Shown here one piece after another: positions 60,308 through 64,000 of a stretch of DNA of 64,000 nucleotides. The position numbers and the translations under genes were made by a program. The notes beneath the pieces were generated by a model, which was not told the origin of the DNA, did not search any database, and saw only the letters and a program-made list of their open reading frames with translations. The stretch lies in assembly GCA_032718475.1 (NCBI GenBank), contig JAUCBJ010001929.1, positions 18,718 to 82,717 of the forward strand. Reading direction: 5' to 3'. The stretch's first letter is position 1. Each line of letters opens with the position of its first letter. Source of the DNA: Nemertoderma westbladi (lineage: Eukaryota; Animalia; Xenacoelomorpha).

Positions 60308-63276
60308 TTATAAATTTACTGGTTTTCTCAACAGAGCAGAAAAATGACCAGTTTCATTAGCCATCAATTCATCAGGGGTACCAAATTCAACAACCCTTCC
60401 ACCATCCATTACTAAGATCTTATCTGAGTCCATGACAGTATTAAGTCTGTGGGCAATAGTAAGAACGGTACAGTCAGTAAACTTACTTCTTATTGTCTCT
60501 TGAATAACCAAATCAGTTTTATTATCAACATTGGCTGTAGCTTCATCCACAACAATTATCTTATTCTTCCTCAACATAGCTCTAGCGAGACAGATTAGTT
60601 GTCGCTCACCAACACTAAAATTAGTTCCATACTCAAATACTTTGGAATTTAAACCAACATTATCAATACTAATTGATAAAGATGATTTTCTTGATATTTT
60701 CTTTTCTTTATTTGATACTGCATTGGACATATTATGTTTAAAAAAAACATCATGTTCTTCAAGAATACTTGATGTCCTTTCCCTAACAGCTTTATCAAGC
60801 TTTACATCACCCAATGTCATCCAAATATCTGCATCGGAGAATTCTTTAAAAGGGTCAAGATTATATCGCAGAGTTCCAGAGAATAATACAGGATCTTGAG
60901 GAATAATTGAAATACATTTTCTGAGATCATTGAGATTCACTTTGGTCACATCAGTACCACCAATCATCAAAGAACCAGTTGTTTCAGTTAGTTGGAACAA
61001 TGCAGCTGTTAACGAACTCTTTCCTGCACCAGTACGTCCAACAATTCCTATTTTTTCTCTGGCATTGACATTAAAAGAAACATTTATTAAAACTTGTGGC
61101 AGCGATTCATGGTATGATAAACAGAGTTCTTGAAAGTGGATTGATGGATTATTGATAAATACATTTGAAAGATTTGGTCCCCCACTTTTGACAGTCATAT
61201 TTTTCTCTTGATCCAATTTTGTATAATTATACACTCTTCCAACTGATATCATGAGCTCTTCAACTTCTGTAATTGTTATCACCAAATACTGGAATGTCAT
61301 CATGGTTATGAAAGCATAAGTAAGTGATAAACCAACTGATCCGGCATCTAAACTATCGGAGCTGAGCACAGCTGTAAGTGCTGTAAATGTTATAAATATA
61401 TTACAAAGTGCATCAATTGAGAAGCCAAGCCATCTACAAACAAGTATATAAACAATCCAAACACGAGAATGGGCATCTAAATGACCATATAATTCATATT
61501 CAAATCGGTTTCTTGCATCTAGTGCTCGAATGACACTCAGTCCTTCCAATGAAACGGATATGTGGTGGAATATTGGAGTGCGAAGTGATCCCTCAAATTT
61601 TTTTATTTGTTTTGATGTCTGTATATAAAGGTTTCTCTGAATTATCACGATAATAGCCAATGGAAATACAAGAATAAGCATATATGGGTTCATGATAATC
61701 ACAAATACAACAATGCAAAAACATTTGATGCCAATGCGAATGACGTTGCTCAATTTTTGCAGGAGTAAATTATCTATTATACCAATATCCTTTGAAAATT
61801 TATTTAGAATATCACCAACACTGTTTGTGTCAAAGAAATAACATGTGGCATACATTATCCTCTGAAACATGTCATTATGCAATCGACAGGCAGCCCTTAA
61901 TAGTGTTTTAATTGTGACAATAACAGATGATCCAGTGAGAATTATAGAGATAAAGATTAAGCAGCCATAAACAGCAATGATATAATCTCTTGTAAATGGC
62001 AGCATTAACATACTAGTTACCAAATAGTAAAAAAGTGATATATTAACTGAAGTTGAATAAATATCTAATGTAATATTGCTTTTATGTGTACCATTGATAT
62101 GATAAAGGGCATTTGAATTATTATATAGAAAGTTAGATCCCACTAACTGATATCCATAAACTGCCCATTGCGCTAACCACCAATCACACATCATTTTACT
62201 TAGTTGTACTAGAAGCGCCAAAGACAGTGTAGTAAATAATAAATAGGAACCTGTTGCTTTTATATAGTAAATATAATACCCAATATTTACATTTGAATTA
62301 TCTGATGTAGTTGTAGATGGAACTTTCAGAGTGCTATTCCTTTCAGAAGCCTCAACTTTGTAATGAGGAGTCACATTATCTGGCAATTCTTTCTGTTTTT
62401 TCTTTTCAACACTGTTATGGTGATATGTGAGATAATTGTAAACATCTACATATGTTCCATATGAGATGGAATTACCTTTATCAAGAACAATAATTCTTGT
62501 AGATTGTTGCAAATATTGAATTTGGTGTGTTGCCAAGATCACTGTTTTGTCTTTCAAATATCCCCTAATGCACTTATCAAACAAACAAGCGCCAACATTC
62601 GTATCAACAGCTGAAAGTGGATCATCAAGCAGATAAATATCTGCATCAGCATAAACAGCTCTAGCTAATGATATTCTAGCCCGTTGACCCCCTGATAATG
62701 CTAATCCACGTTCACCAACCAAGGAATTGTGTCCCTCTGGAAAACTACCAATATCATCTTCAAGTTCACAAACTTTTATGACTTTATAATATTTATCCTC
62801 AATAAACTCTTCTCCAAATACAACATTCTCCATCACTGTACCCGAAAATACCCAACCACTTTGTGGACTATAGCTAAGTTTACCACCAACTTGGATTCTC
62901 CCAGATACTAAATGTAATTCTCCAAGGATTGTATTCAACAAAGATGACTTCCCAGACCCAACAGGGCCAACAATGCAAATAAGTTCTGAGGAATTTGCCA
63001 TTAAGTTGATATTCTTAATGGCATAGGGACTCGGATTCTTTACACTATAAAGAGAGCATACTGCATCCAATACTAATGTTCCTCTGTTGTTGGTTATACA
63101 TGATGTGCTATTATTTCTATTTAAATCTAGGAAAAGAAAATTCTCTATTCGCTGTAATGAAACTCTAACTCTTATAGAATACATAACCCCTGTCAAGCCC
63201 AGAAGAATTACAAAGTGATTGAGAACATATAAAAGACTCATAATCGGAAAAACTATTGTTGGATTTAGTTCATTTC
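60308..63276 (-). CDS. ABCC4/MRP4-like transporter copy 2, large terminal exon
   Basis: Acceptor ATAG|GAAATGAAC at the same position as in copy 1. All NBD motifs are intact. Upstream exons were not seen in the window. Confidence 0.95.
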
Positions 63277-64000
63277 CTATGAGAATGAGCAATATTATTG
63301 TATGTATCTAGCCATTTCCATAAATTAGGTAAATTAAGTTAAATAAATTTCCTAATTCTCATTTAATTAAATTTTTTAAAATTTTTAATTAAATGATATA
63401 TTGTGATACAATGGTTACTTTTCTTTCCATTCAAAATAAGGCTCAACCGTGGACAAATTACAACAGAATATTATGGCAACAGAATGTCATATATAAATCA
63501 ACCCTTTCCTTTTATCCAACATAATTTCAACTTTAACATACCCCAGCAAATGACTATTGGATAATGCAATGGGATTATTTTTGAAACCCAGTTACTAAGG
63601 CAAATGTGAGTTTCAGCATAGGAGTGGAATAGCAGTTGATCTGTAACCTAGGTAATAAAATAATAATATACCATATAGTTCGTCCGTTTGTTTATTGACC
63701 ACATTGCCAGCTATCAATTAAAGATACATAACACATAATTAAAATTAATACAATAACTATTCAATATTCAAATTCAATACAATATTCAACTTTGTGTACT
63801 ATTTTCTACATACAATCTTCAAAACAACAGTTCAAGAAAATAAATATATAACAATAATCCGTTATTATAAATCTTAACTTACTATATATGCAGAATTCAC
63901 TCTCAATGTAAACTAAACAGTTCTCTAATAAAAACCACGCGACGCTCGCATGGTCCTCTAGTTACAATGTGTTGTATACAACACAATGTTTGTATAGTGC

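Overview
AT-rich eukaryotic (most likely invertebrate animal) genomic DNA, mostly transposon and repeat derived. The only host genes are two convergent paralogues of an ABCC4/MRP4-like ABC transporter. Copy 1 is on + (exons 14622-14834, 27780-28098, 28994-32046), and its TMD1 exons appear deleted next to a retroelement. Copy 2 is on - (60308-63276, with 5' exons beyond the window). A third decayed 3' scrap lies near 37.9 kb. Around them are three pol-less Bel/Pao-type LTR elements, a solo LTR, an apparently intact CR1/L2-group LINE (PHD-APE-RT), truncated LINE/RTE/RLE fragments, a Deu/Nin-type SINE, MITEs, a 10-bp satellite and a 42/62-bp CCAAT-box satellite. Most notable: (1) a tRNA-headed, tandem 180-bp hammerhead-ribozyme element at the window start, plus several other hammerheads; (2) a 13.9-kb composite segment (45982-59861) bounded by inverted transposon ends and a TA duplication, with its empty site visible at 32833; (3) a Bel/Pao-like element whose pol is replaced by a second zinc-knuckle ORF and a hairpin-rich 3' region enclosing the PPT; (4) patchwork identity between the ABCC paralogues (near-identical NBD tracts, diverged membrane segments). 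All calls were made by eye; no database searches were run.
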